Shown: positions 1-9,224 of the stretch, in pieces
Layout of the letters: each line of letters begins with the position of its first letter
Numbering within the stretch: position 1 is the stretch's first letter
Virus record (IMG/VR): IMGVR_UViG_3300027861_004722
Source of the DNA: an uncultured virus (IMG/VR IMGVR_UViG_3300027861_004722)
Lineage: Duplodnaviria; Heunggongvirae; Uroviricota; Caudoviricetes
DNA: 64,000 nt
Reading direction: 5' to 3' (one strand)
The notes under the pieces: model-generated
Database searches by the model: none
What the model was told of the DNA's origin: nothing
What the model saw: the letters and a program-made list of their open reading frames with translations, nothing else
Translations under genes and position numbers: made by a program

Positions 1-780
1 GGCGAAACTGGTATCCAAGGCAACACGGGCATCCAGGGTGAAACAGGAGTCCAAGGCGAAACCGGTATCCAAGGCAACACTGGTGTTCAAGGCAACACTG
101 GTGTCCAAGGCCACACAGGATTAGGAGTCCAAGGCGATACAGGAGTCCAAGGCAACACTGGTATCCAAGGCAACACTGGTGTTCAAGGCGAAACCGGTAT
201 CCAAGGCGATACAGGAGTCCAAGGCAACACGGGTATCCAAGGCAACACAGGACTAGGAGTCCAAGGCGATACAGGTATCGAAGGTAATACCGGACTAGGT
301 ATCCAAGGTAATACAGGTATCCAAGGCCCTGGTGGACTAGTAGGAGCTACTGGTATCCAAGGTAATACTGGTTTCGTAGGAATCACTGGCCTAACTGGTG
401 ATACAGGTGTTCTGGGTCTAACTGGTATACAAGGACTAACTGGTATCTTAGGACCAGCAGCCCAAATCGGAGCAACTGGTATACAAGGCAACACTGGTGT
501 TCAAGGCAACACAGGTGTCCAAGGCAACACGGGCATCCAAGGCAACACGGGCATCCAAGGAGAAACAGGTATCCAGGGTAACACAGGTATCCAGGGTAAC
601 ACAGGACTAGGGGTTCAAGGTGTTCAAGGAACCACCGGAATCCAAGGCGTCACTGGCTTTATAGGAAACACAGGCGTTATCGGAGACACAGGTATACAGG
701 GACTTACAGGTATACAAGGTGTTACCGGAGTAATAGGTTTAACTGGAATCCAAGGATTTACAGGTCTCACTGGAGGTAGC
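1..780 (+). repeat. Coding collagen repeat, ~18-nt unit encoding G-x-T-G-[IV]-Q
   Basis: Degenerate repeats such as ggcaacactggtatccaa, with occasional Gly-Leu interruptions. Confidence 0.9.
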
Positions 781-2925
781 GGCAACATCGACACAGCCAA
801 TACCGTCTGGGTAGCCAAAGACGGCAATGACGGCACCGGAACAACCGCTCGTCAAGACTTGCCATTTCTAACCATCAGCGCAGCATTTGCTGTGGCAGTG
901 AGTGGGGATACGGTGCGCGTCAGAGGAGGCACCTATGTCGAATCTGGACTCACTGTCCCGACTGGCGTAGCTTGCATCGGAGACGGGTTGCTGACCACCA
1001 TTGTCGGTGACGCAAGTGCAACGGCTGACATCTTCACGTTGTCTAGTGGGAGCCTATTACAGGGCTTCCGACTCACCCTCCCGGCTCCGGTTTCGGCATC
1101 CCCGATCTATGCGGGGATTAAGCACTCAGCAGGCACCGGCACGCTGTATGACTTGGATCTCCGAGGTAATGGAGCGACCGGCAAAGGAACTGGCATCTAC
1201 AAGACGGGGACCGGGAAGATCGTTGGGGGCAACGTCCGATGCGAGGGAGGCGGCATGGCTGCTCTGCTTCGCGTTGATGCGGCAGTGCTTGCCTTGGATG
1301 ATGTGCATGTTCCACAGTCTGCGGGCACGATTGACGACGTAGTTCTGGTGCAAGGAACGGGAAAGTTCCAAGGCCAAGGGGTCAACATCGAGAGCAGCAA
1401 TGCCGTTGATTGCTTGCACATCGAAGGCACAGCCACCGCGATTATCTACTCACCAAACTGGGGGGCGGCACCAATCGGCGGGCATATCGCAGCTGATGGA
1501 ATCACCGTAGTTATTGAAGGCGGTCGTATTGCTACGACAGTCTCCACGCTCCTAGTGGACCCGGCGCTGACAGGTGTGGGCACGACCATCACAGTGACCG
1601 GCACCGACATCCAGCCGCTGTTCTCGTTCCCTTCGGCGGCTATAGCCGAGATGAAGCTGTCTGCGTCGTTTCACCAGCCTGAAACAGATGTTCGGAACGC
1701 AGAGTCCAGAGTGGTCGGCTCGGCCCTTGTGACTGGGTTCCCGGAGCTTGGGTCTGGCCTGATGGTCGGTGAGGGGTCGTCGTATTCGGATGGGATCAAG
1801 GTCGTCACAAGTGACGGCACCGCGACCAGCACGACCCTCGGAGGCAACCTGACGGACGCTACGGCAGCGGCGCAATCCCGTAGCGGGTCCACGGTGTCGT
1901 TCCAGGGCTTGACGGCAAATCACTGTATCTACGTCGCGAGCACCAGGACGCTGCCTGCGGGCACCGAAATGAAGCATTGGGGGCTATTCACTTCACAGGT
2001 GACGGCAGGCGTGGGCGGCTCCTACGCTGTTGAGATTTGGGATGGTGCCGCATGGGTTGCGGTTGGCGTCATGGCGTCCAGCTTGGTCGAGACATATCGT
2101 TATGCTGATGCGCTGTTTCTGCGGGCAGCATCAGAAGAGATCATCCAGTACGGTATCGACGCCACGACGACTCAGGCAGTGATTGCAGTCGATGGTACGA
2201 CTGCCTACTGGGTCCGTCTGCGGGTAGCGACGACACTAACCACGGCTCCGACATTTGAGCGACTGTGGCTCACTCCGTCCCATGTGATGTATTCACCCCT
2301 GGGGCGTAGGCGTGCGCTCGGCCTGTCTTCCTGGCGGCAGACCTTAGTGTCTGCCGGGAACGTCTTCGGGGAAACTGGGACAGTGGTATCCGCGAACTTT
2401 GATGTAGGTACGGGTGGAATCCCTACTGAGTGGACGCACAACTCCCCAAACAGCTTGATGAATTCGAATGGCGACGCGATATACGCGCAGTTCGCGCTAC
2501 CTGGCGGCATCTGCACAGCATTCCCTTTAAGGGTTGAGATTGTTTTTGCCATGCAACCTGGAGGAACACTATCTGCTCCGGTCATTGGGTTTGTGTCTGC
2601 GATACCTGTGCAAACGGCATTCAACACGGTGGCTGATTCAGCAGGAGGCAAAGTGCCTGTCCCGCGAGCTATTGCTGACACCGAGACGACTATAGCGAAA
2701 GCGGCTATCTCTTACACGTTCGACTCGTCACTGATAGGAACCGTCTGGCCCGCAGACACCCTTTACAAAGCTGATTTCGGGCCGTACCCCATCGCAGGCT
2801 ATTATGCCGAAGATGTGATCCTGGTCCGGATGGAGCTAGACAATGACGGCACTCCGAACCAGAACATTGCGATCATTGCGATGATCATTGAAGGTGTAAT
2901 GTTCACTGACGGAGGGACACTGTAA
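1..2925 (+). CDS. Collagen-like tail fibre/virion fibre protein (5' partial; ORF enters from upstream of the window)
   Basis: Frame 1 is open from base 1 (GETGIQGNTGIQG...) and is the same frame as the listed 859..2925 ORF. About 260 aa of G-X-Y repeats are followed by 'VWVAKDGNDGTG..PFLTI..A..GDTVRV..GTY', typical of the start of beta-helix domains. Confidence 0.8.
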   Translation, partial: GETGIQGNTGIQGETGVQGETGIQGNTGVQGNTGVQGHTGLGVQGDTGVQGNTGIQGNTGVQGETGIQGDTGVQGNTGIQGNTGLGVQGDTGIEGNTGLGIQGNTGIQGPGGLVGATGIQGNTGFVGITGLTGDTGVLGLTGIQGLTGILGPAAQIGATGIQGNTGVQGNTGVQGNTGIQGNTGIQGETGIQGNTGIQGNTGLGVQGVQGTTGIQGVTGFIGNTGVIGDTGIQGLTGIQGVTGVIGLTGIQGFTGLTGGSGNIDTANTVWVAKDGNDGTGTTARQDLPFLTISAAFAVAVSGDTVRVRGGTYVESGLTVPTGVACIGDGLLTTIVGDASATADIFTLSSGSLLQGFRLTLPAPVSASPIYAGIKHSAGTGTLYDLDLRGNGATGKGTGIYKTGTGKIVGGNVRCEGGGMAALLRVDAAVLALDDVHVPQSAGTIDDVVLVQGTGKFQGQGVNIESSNAVDCLHIEGTATAIIYSPNWGAAPIGGHIAADGITVVIEGGRIATTVSTLLVDPALTGVGTTITVTGTDIQPLFSFPSAAIAEMKLSASFHQPETDVRNAESRVVGSALVTGFPELGSGLMVGEGSSYSDGIKVVTSDGTATSTTLGGNLTDATAAAQSRSGSTVSFQGLTANHCIYVASTRTLPAGTEMKHWGLFTSQVTAGVGGSYAVEIWDGAAWVAVGVMASSLVETYRYADALFLRAASEEIIQYGIDATTTQAVIAVDGTTAYWVRLRVATTLTTAPTFERLWLTPSHVMYSPLGRRRALGLSSWRQTLVSAGNVFGETGTVVSANFDVGTGGIPTEWTHNSPNSLMNSNGDAIYAQFALPGGICTAFPLRVEIVFAMQPGGTLSAPVIGFVSAIPVQTAFNTVADSAGGKVPVPRAIADTETTIAKAAISYTFDSSLIGTVWPADTLYKADFGPYPIAGYYAEDVILVRMELDNDGTPNQNIAIIAMIIEGVMFTDGGTL

Positions 2926-4608
2926 ATGGCGGGCAATTTCTACAAGCTACACGAAAAGGCATTCGTATCCCAAACTAGTGTGACTGTGGTGCATGGTTTG
3001 GATCGCCTCCAGGTTGCCATCTCTGTCCGCATCGGTGAAGTAGCTCGCAACGACCTAATCGAGTCTGCGTACCCAAACCCGGCAGATCCTCGTAACGAGG
3101 TGGTCGTTACCTTTGGGACTGCACAGACAGGCAACATCGTAATCATAGACACGGACTACGTCTTCAGCAGCATCCCTACCCCAGAGAATACAGCAGTGCT
3201 ATCAGGCGGCACTGCGATGACTGCTGATGTCTACGATCCAACAACCGTGGCTGCCGATACTTTCGCCAGAGGTAACCATACGGGCACTCAGACGGCGAGC
3301 ACCATTTCGGACTTTGATACAGAGGTCGACAATAACACCACGGTGCAAGCTGCGATTCACGACAACACAGCTGGTGAGATTGCGGCTGTGACTTTGAAGG
3401 GCACGCCGGTTTCTGCCGATGTTCTCCTGATCGAGGACTCGGCGGCAGCCAATGCGAAGAAGCGAGTCACCATTGGCAGTCTGCCTGGCGGTGGCTCGAC
3501 TATTGTCGTTGAAGAGGATGGCAGCATCGTTAGCGGTGGGCCGCACTCGACGTTGAATTTCGTTGGCCTGACTGCCACAGACGCCGGGGCTGGCGTTGCG
3601 GACATAGCGCCCGTCCCTGCTATCTACGTGGATTTCTACCATGCGGTGGCTTATGCGGGGATCACCACGAGCGCTAGCACCCTGCCGCTGGACACGACCC
3701 GCCAGACCGACGCCGCATTCAGTAAGAATGTGAATGGGGAGATCACGGTCAACACGCCTGGCGACTATCGCATTGACTACGACTGTTCTACAGCGGAGGC
3801 GTCAGCAAACGACCTCACCGCAGAAATGTGGATTGAGGTAGATGGCGTCGAGCAAGGCGGCACCCGGTCCAGGCTTTTCCATGACTCCAATCAAGACGAC
3901 AATGGGAGCCACGGAATGGCGATCCTGACCCTTGCCGCTACGGAGGTGGTGCGGATCAGAGCGCAGGTTGTGGCAGGGGTTGATCAGCTAGACACCGCAC
4001 CAAACAGCGTCCGCGTAATGATTCACGCTATCGGCGCGAATGGCGCAACAGGCGCAACAGGCGCAACGGGTGCAACGGGCTCCGGCAGCAATGTCATCGT
4101 CCAAGACGACGGAGTAACGGTCAGCGGTGGACCGCACGGGACACTTAATTTCATTGACTGCGCGGTAGCTGACGGGGGTGGAGGTGTAGCGGAGATCACG
4201 CCAGCCGCGCTATTCGGTCGGGACTACCAGACGGCGGTTTCGGTAGCCTTGTCCACCACGACGAGCACGACGTTTCAGACAAAGATCACCATGACTACGC
4301 CTTCTCTGACGGGCACATACCGGGTCGGCTGGTGTGCGCTTGTAGGCCAATCCAATACTAGAGACCAGGTCGAGTGCCGGCTGCGAAACACCACTGACGG
4401 CGTCACTCTCGGGGCCGACCCTGCGGGAAGCGGCGCGAACGGGTCGAGAAACGAGCCGAAAGACATACTGGATCGAATGACCACGGCGGGGTTTGCTGAG
4501 GTCGTGTTTTCTGGCGCGGCAAAAACGTTCGAGCTTCAGTATCGCCAGCAGGGCGGCAACACGGCGAGTATCCGCAACGCGCACGTGGAAATTTGGAGGG
4601 TGGCCTAG
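2926..4608 (+). CDS. Putative structural/fibre protein with short collagen segment and duplicated motif
   Basis: 560 aa, Thr/Ala/Gly-rich. Contains GATGATGATG and the duplicated motif IVVEEDGSIVSGGPHSTLNF / VIVQDDGVTVSGGPHGTLNF. Abuts the previous gene. Confidence 0.65.
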   Translation: MAGNFYKLHEKAFVSQTSVTVVHGLDRLQVAISVRIGEVARNDLIESAYPNPADPRNEVVVTFGTAQTGNIVIIDTDYVFSSIPTPENTAVLSGGTAMTADVYDPTTVAADTFARGNHTGTQTASTISDFDTEVDNNTTVQAAIHDNTAGEIAAVTLKGTPVSADVLLIEDSAAANAKKRVTIGSLPGGGSTIVVEEDGSIVSGGPHSTLNFVGLTATDAGAGVADIAPVPAIYVDFYHAVAYAGITTSASTLPLDTTRQTDAAFSKNVNGEITVNTPGDYRIDYDCSTAEASANDLTAEMWIEVDGVEQGGTRSRLFHDSNQDDNGSHGMAILTLAATEVVRIRAQVVAGVDQLDTAPNSVRVMIHAIGANGATGATGATGATGSGSNVIVQDDGVTVSGGPHGTLNFIDCAVADGGGGVAEITPAALFGRDYQTAVSVALSTTTSTTFQTKITMTTPSLTGTYRVGWCALVGQSNTRDQVECRLRNTTDGVTLGADPAGSGANGSRNEPKDILDRMTTAGFAEVVFSGAAKTFELQYRQQGGNTASIRNAHVEIWRVA

Positions 4609-5180
4609 TGGCGATAAAATACAGATTGAGCCTCGCAGCCGACTTTGGTGGCTCGTTCGACTCGGACAATTGGGTCGCTGAGGTCGGAGCTTCGATCGCT
4701 ACGCCGATTGACCATGTGGCCCCCGGCGTATCCACCGAGGGCGACATCATAGACACATGGTTCGTTTCCGCGCTCAGCCCCGCAGAGGAAGCGACCTTCC
4801 TCGCGCTCCCGGCAAGTCATTACCCTCTCTGGCGCGAACCAACAACTACAGTAACCCTCACCTCTGTAGACAGCGTTTCTTCAACAAGCAAAAAATATAA
4901 AGCAATTGATGGGATGGAAGTAACCCCCTCAGCAGGTACTTATGAAGTAATTTTTTCTGGATCTATAGAGAATACTAAAGATAATAGCAAAAATTATATA
5001 TGCATAACTGTTGATAACAGTGAAATAAATGATTCTGTAAGAAGATCTTCCGGATTGACCCCCTTCAGAACTTCCGCAACCGTTACAGTGGATGGAACAG
5101 AGACAATATACGGAGAAGCTAAGACCTCTAAGGGAACAATGACTATTTATGAAAGAGAATTTCAACTCAAAAGAGTCTGA
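4608..5180 (+). CDS. Hypothetical (probably structural) protein
   Basis: GTG start overlaps the upstream TAG (TAGTG), with GGAGG upstream. The C-terminal domain resembles that of 2926..4608. Confidence 0.6.
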   Translation: MAIKYRLSLAADFGGSFDSDNWVAEVGASIATPIDHVAPGVSTEGDIIDTWFVSALSPAEEATFLALPASHYPLWREPTTTVTLTSVDSVSSTSKKYKAIDGMEVTPSAGTYEVIFSGSIENTKDNSKNYICITVDNSEINDSVRRSSGLTPFRTSATVTVDGTETIYGEAKTSKGTMTIYEREFQLKRV

Positions 5181-5277
5181 CCAGTGTACGCCCTAACTTA
5201 CCCTTAAGAGAATCTCTGTTCAATTAACTAGGTTTGTTTAATAAAACTTTGTTATAATTCGAGTGGAGAGATATTAA

Positions 5278-6417
5278 ATGCCGACGCCTACAACTTATAC
5301 ATACGCGATATCGACCGACACTATCAATGGCGCAGTTGATTTAAATCGACTAACCCAAGATATTCAACAGTCTTCTATTGTGACCGCTTTGGACTCACTC
5401 TCTACTGCTGGAGATACCCTATCTGTCAAATTTAAGGATGCTCTTTCTACTGCAGATAAAACCACTCTTGATAATGATGCTGATCCTCCTACTACCCCCT
5501 CCTTAATTTGGGATCATACAGGAGTAGCTCTTGAGGATGTGACAACTGTTTCCCTATCACACAAATTGACGGGCGACGACCGTATCCGTGTTGCTATGGA
5601 GAAGTCAGATGCCTCTGCATTTGATGCATACTCACATAACTGGGCTGATCCAACAACTTGGTATAGCAGTTCTGTTCGAATTGTTGATGAAGTAGCCACG
5701 GATTCCGGTGATCATATCACATACAATCTATCCAAAACCAATATTATTGATGTCTACCATGGCAAGCTAACCGGAGAAGACGATCTATTAGACGCCTCTT
5801 CTAACAGCTATCGAGTTACTGTTAAGATTGATGATGTAGTTAAAACTGAGCAAGACCCTCACACAGGAACAGGTGGTGATTTCACTGTAGACTATACTAA
5901 TGGCGATGTCATCATGACTTCTGCCTTAGTCGGAACCGAAGTCATTAAAGTCACATTCCACTACGCGACTGATAGTAAGTTCAAGATCATCCCAACTGCT
6001 GGTGAGAAAATAATCATTGAAGTTGCAGAAGTCCAGTTTTCTGATGACGTTATCATTACAGATACTGTATTTTTCCAAACCTTCGGCTATGTAGATGTTT
6101 TTGCACCACAATTACTAATCGCAAATGGAGGCCCCTACCCCTCATTAACCAAAATTCCAATCAGAACATTCAAATATAAAACAATGCGCGATTATCAAAA
6201 CGCTGCTTTCAAGGCATACCCAGTATGTCCTGCAATGGGCGGGGTTGATTGGAGAGGCATGCCTCGATCTGTTATTGTCTTCGATTGGGACTACCAACGC
6301 GGAATGACCTTATATAGTTCCTATGGTATGGAAAGCCGCCTCTACTTGGAGCACGACGCTCCGTTCGGGGGATCATGGGCAACCGCAACCCTTTATTGTG
6401 GTGTGGATACGGAGTAA
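5278..6417 (+). CDS. Hypothetical (probably structural) protein
   Basis: 379 aa ORF with GGAG RBS and TATAAT upstream. N-terminus resembles that of 4608..5180. Confidence 0.65.
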   Translation: MPTPTTYTYAISTDTINGAVDLNRLTQDIQQSSIVTALDSLSTAGDTLSVKFKDALSTADKTTLDNDADPPTTPSLIWDHTGVALEDVTTVSLSHKLTGDDRIRVAMEKSDASAFDAYSHNWADPTTWYSSSVRIVDEVATDSGDHITYNLSKTNIIDVYHGKLTGEDDLLDASSNSYRVTVKIDDVVKTEQDPHTGTGGDFTVDYTNGDVIMTSALVGTEVIKVTFHYATDSKFKIIPTAGEKIIIEVAEVQFSDDVIITDTVFFQTFGYVDVFAPQLLIANGGPYPSLTKIPIRTFKYKTMRDYQNAAFKAYPVCPAMGGVDWRGMPRSVIVFDWDYQRGMTLYSSYGMESRLYLEHDAPFGGSWATATLYCGVDTE

Positions 6418-6420
6418 ACT

Positions 6421-7164
6421 ATGTCATACGGAAACCCAGTATTAGATTTTTATCTTCAAGTTAGAAAAGGAAGAGTTGGTGGACACTCATCGCTAGTAGT
6501 TGTTGGAGAAAACGACACTGTAGGCACTACCTTTGAAAGTCTTTGGCCGGAAGGTGGGTTGATTAATTGGCCTGCTTCTGCCGCCCAACTAACTGTTTCT
6601 AGTGACAGCACTGATGACGATGCAGGAGGAACTGGAGCACTTACGCTAAGCATTAGCGGGCTATCTACTGATTTCTCCCTATTAACAGAAACTATAACAC
6701 TCGATGGACAAACAGGAGTTACAACTACCAATTCTTACTACAGAATTAATGACCTAACAGTATTGACAGCCGGTTCTACTGGAAACAATGTAGGTAACAT
6801 CTACATCGGCACAGGATCAATAACCACCGGAAAACCAGCTACTGTCTATGGATTGATAGAACCCGGCTATAATGTAGCTCATGGGGGGCACTATACGATC
6901 CCCAAAGGTAACAGCTGCTTCCAAATATATTGTGTTAATAGTTCTGATTCTCCCACTATGTTCGCACAGTTTATTAGACCCCCCGGAGGGATCTTCTATG
7001 CTTCTGGATCAATTTTTGTTGATAACACTCAAGAAGTCAAACCACAGGTTGCTCCGATGATGGTCCCAGGAACTGACTATGAAATAAGAGCCAAGGCTTT
7101 AAGCGGCACGGCTAGCGCTACAACTTATGTGGAATTTTTGTGCTCAGATAACCGCGCTGGTTAA
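6421..7164 (+). CDS. Hypothetical phage structural-type protein
   Basis: 247 aa, Gly/Thr/Ser-rich, GGAG RBS. Confidence 0.6.
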   Translation: MSYGNPVLDFYLQVRKGRVGGHSSLVVVGENDTVGTTFESLWPEGGLINWPASAAQLTVSSDSTDDDAGGTGALTLSISGLSTDFSLLTETITLDGQTGVTTTNSYYRINDLTVLTAGSTGNNVGNIYIGTGSITTGKPATVYGLIEPGYNVAHGGHYTIPKGNSCFQIYCVNSSDSPTMFAQFIRPPGGIFYASGSIFVDNTQEVKPQVAPMMVPGTDYEIRAKALSGTASATTYVEFLCSDNRAG

Positions 7165-7245
7165 ACAATCTGCTAGAATAAAAAAGAGCGGCCTAACCAA
7201 ATATCCTCGCGGTTGACTTAAAAAAAAATCTTGATAAACTCCGCT

Positions 7246-8220
7246 ATGTTGATAGCTAGATCAAGCAAGTTCCCTGTGGGAAAAACAATAGGACAAAATA
7301 CTTGGGTCCATAAGCAATATGAAAATTGTTTACCCCGAGAAACCTTAAAAAAAGCCAAAGCAGCGATTACCCCAGGTTTCAACTATACCGTAGTTAAGTT
7401 TAATAGGAAAACACTCGCTATAAGTTTCATGCAATCTGTTGATTTCGATAGCTCTGCCGAACCTTTAGTTGGAGATTCTATAAAAGTCCTATCAGATGGG
7501 ACTATCAAAAGCACACGAGCTTCCAAGAATAATCCACTTCTTTACCACCACAAGTGGTTAATGGTCAAAGACGACTACACAGGTTTCAATATCCAAGAGA
7601 GCAAAGACAGATCTGCTAGGTGGAAAGAGATAATAGGATCAGATAAAGCCATTACTAGTCGTATTGGAAGACGAAATTATTGGCTTACTGAGGTAGTGCC
7701 CAAGCTCATATCAGAAGAAACAGCCCGCTCAGGCAAGACAGCAATGTCTAGAAAAGATATATCAAGGCCCACAAGAATTCTCCTAGAAAAAGAACAAATT
7801 AAAGGGAGTATTCTACACCACGGCTGTGGTAAAGCTTCCTTGGATTCTGAAAAGATGCGCAAACTAGCATCGACCTCGAAATTCGCAGAGTATGACCCAA
7901 AGTTCGCACCAGACAGATCCGTTCTTGCTGAAACTTACACTACAATAGTTTCAAATTATGTAATGAACACTCTTCCAAGAGAAGCACGACTAAGTGCTTG
8001 GCAAGACCTAGCCAATAGCACAGCAGGTAATACCTTTGTCACAATTAGGCAAGATAAAATAAAGGGAGAGCCCCATAACGATGGCTTTCTAACAGCCAAA
8101 GGAACTTATCAAGAGCTAATTGATGGAGAGCTTCTAAAAAAAGAAGCAGAAAGCTTCTTCGAAGACGTAGAGGTATTCTATAAAAATAGCGCACTGCTAA
8201 TTCTTAAGTGTAGAAAGTAA
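7246..8220 (+). CDS. Putative SAM-dependent methyltransferase resembling the DNA-phosphorothioation-associated methyltransferase family
   Basis: Motifs GKTIGQNTWVH, YHHKWLMVKDDY, KTAMSRKDISRP, HHGCGK, YDP, NYVMN, T.KGTYQ. Start placed at ATG 7246, just downstream of TTGACT-16-TAAACT. Confidence 0.6.
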   Translation: MLIARSSKFPVGKTIGQNTWVHKQYENCLPRETLKKAKAAITPGFNYTVVKFNRKTLAISFMQSVDFDSSAEPLVGDSIKVLSDGTIKSTRASKNNPLLYHHKWLMVKDDYTGFNIQESKDRSARWKEIIGSDKAITSRIGRRNYWLTEVVPKLISEETARSGKTAMSRKDISRPTRILLEKEQIKGSILHHGCGKASLDSEKMRKLASTSKFAEYDPKFAPDRSVLAETYTTIVSNYVMNTLPREARLSAWQDLANSTAGNTFVTIRQDKIKGEPHNDGFLTAKGTYQELIDGELLKKEAESFFEDVEVFYKNSALLILKCRK

Positions 8221-8224
8221 AGTA

Positions 8225-8410
8225 ATGAACTGGATGAAATCCGAAGGAACACACCCACCCTTCAACAACAAAGTTTTTAGAAAAACAAAAGCATCGAAAT
8301 CAACTAAACAGACGTGCTGTGATACACCACACATAAGCTCAACGGAGTTCCCAAAGTTCATTATGTATTTCTGCTCTAACTGCAAGAAACAAACATTCTC
8401 AGATGAATAA
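8225..8410 (+). CDS. Small Cys-containing hypothetical protein
   Basis: 61 aa, fills the gap between genes; CC...CxxC. Confidence 0.45.
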   Translation: MNWMKSEGTHPPFNNKVFRKTKASKSTKQTCCDTPHISSTEFPKFIMYFCSNCKKQTFSDE

Positions 8411-9203
8411 ACTTTTACACACAAGCTGCTTCGAAGGCATTAAACAAATACAAGATAACAGTGTAACTCTGGTTTGCACAAGCCCTCCCTATAGCGATGT
8501 AAGAAAAAGCTATCCCGGGTGTCCTGCGCATAACTATGTAGAGTGGTTCACCCCACTAGCAGAAGAAATTTTACGAACTCTTACCGAAGATGGTTCTTTT
8601 ATCCTTAACATAAATGATAAGTGTGACAAAGGAGAACGGATTCCTTTTGCTTTTGAGCTAGTTATTAAGCTGCGAGAGCTAGGTTTCAAGTTTATTGACA
8701 CAAATATATGGGCGAAGAAGAATGGAGCACCAGCCGCAGGCCGCCGCAGGTCTGATTACTTTGAATATGTGTTCCACCTTGCAAAAACAACCAAACCGAA
8801 ATGGTTTCCGGACAGCATAAGAACGCCCTACGCCGCAACAAGTGTTAAAAGAGCAGAGAAACCTATCAAAAATAACGTTTCAAATAGAGAATCACGCGGA
8901 GAAGCGCAATATAAGAAGTGGAATCTGCATCCAAACGGAGCATACCCTAAGAACGTCCTGTTCTTTCCCAAAGATCAAGGGAAGAATCACGTTGCTGCAT
9001 TCCACATTGAACTGCCGACCCACTACATTAAAGCACATACCGAAGTAGGGGATCTAGTTCTCGACCCTTTTGCTGGTCGCGGAACAACACTCGAAGCAGC
9101 TAAACAGCTTGATCGACGTTTCATAGGATTTGAGATACAACAAGAGAACATTGATCTAGCACAAGAGCTATACCAACTAGAAATAGGGACAACTGCCAGA
9201 TGA
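8403..9203 (+). CDS. Site-specific DNA methyltransferase, N4-C/N6-A beta class
   Basis: Catalytic TSPPY near the N-terminus; SAM motif VLDPFAGRGTT near the C-terminus. Confidence 0.9.
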   Translation: MNKLLHTSCFEGIKQIQDNSVTLVCTSPPYSDVRKSYPGCPAHNYVEWFTPLAEEILRTLTEDGSFILNINDKCDKGERIPFAFELVIKLRELGFKFIDTNIWAKKNGAPAAGRRRSDYFEYVFHLAKTTKPKWFPDSIRTPYAATSVKRAEKPIKNNVSNRESRGEAQYKKWNLHPNGAYPKNVLFFPKDQGKNHVAAFHIELPTHYIKAHTEVGDLVLDPFAGRGTTLEAAKQLDRRFIGFEIQQENIDLAQELYQLEIGTTAR

Positions 9204-9224
9204 TCACTGCCCTCTACCAGAAAG

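Noticed and set aside
1..780. Possible CRISPR array or non-coding tandem repeat
   Set aside because: Repeats are contiguous 9/18-nt units varying at third codon positions, with no unique spacers.
183..836. Minus-strand Pro-rich ORFs (PWIPV repeats)
   Set aside because: Antisense shadows of the collagen repeat; the + frame is open and continuous with 859..2925.
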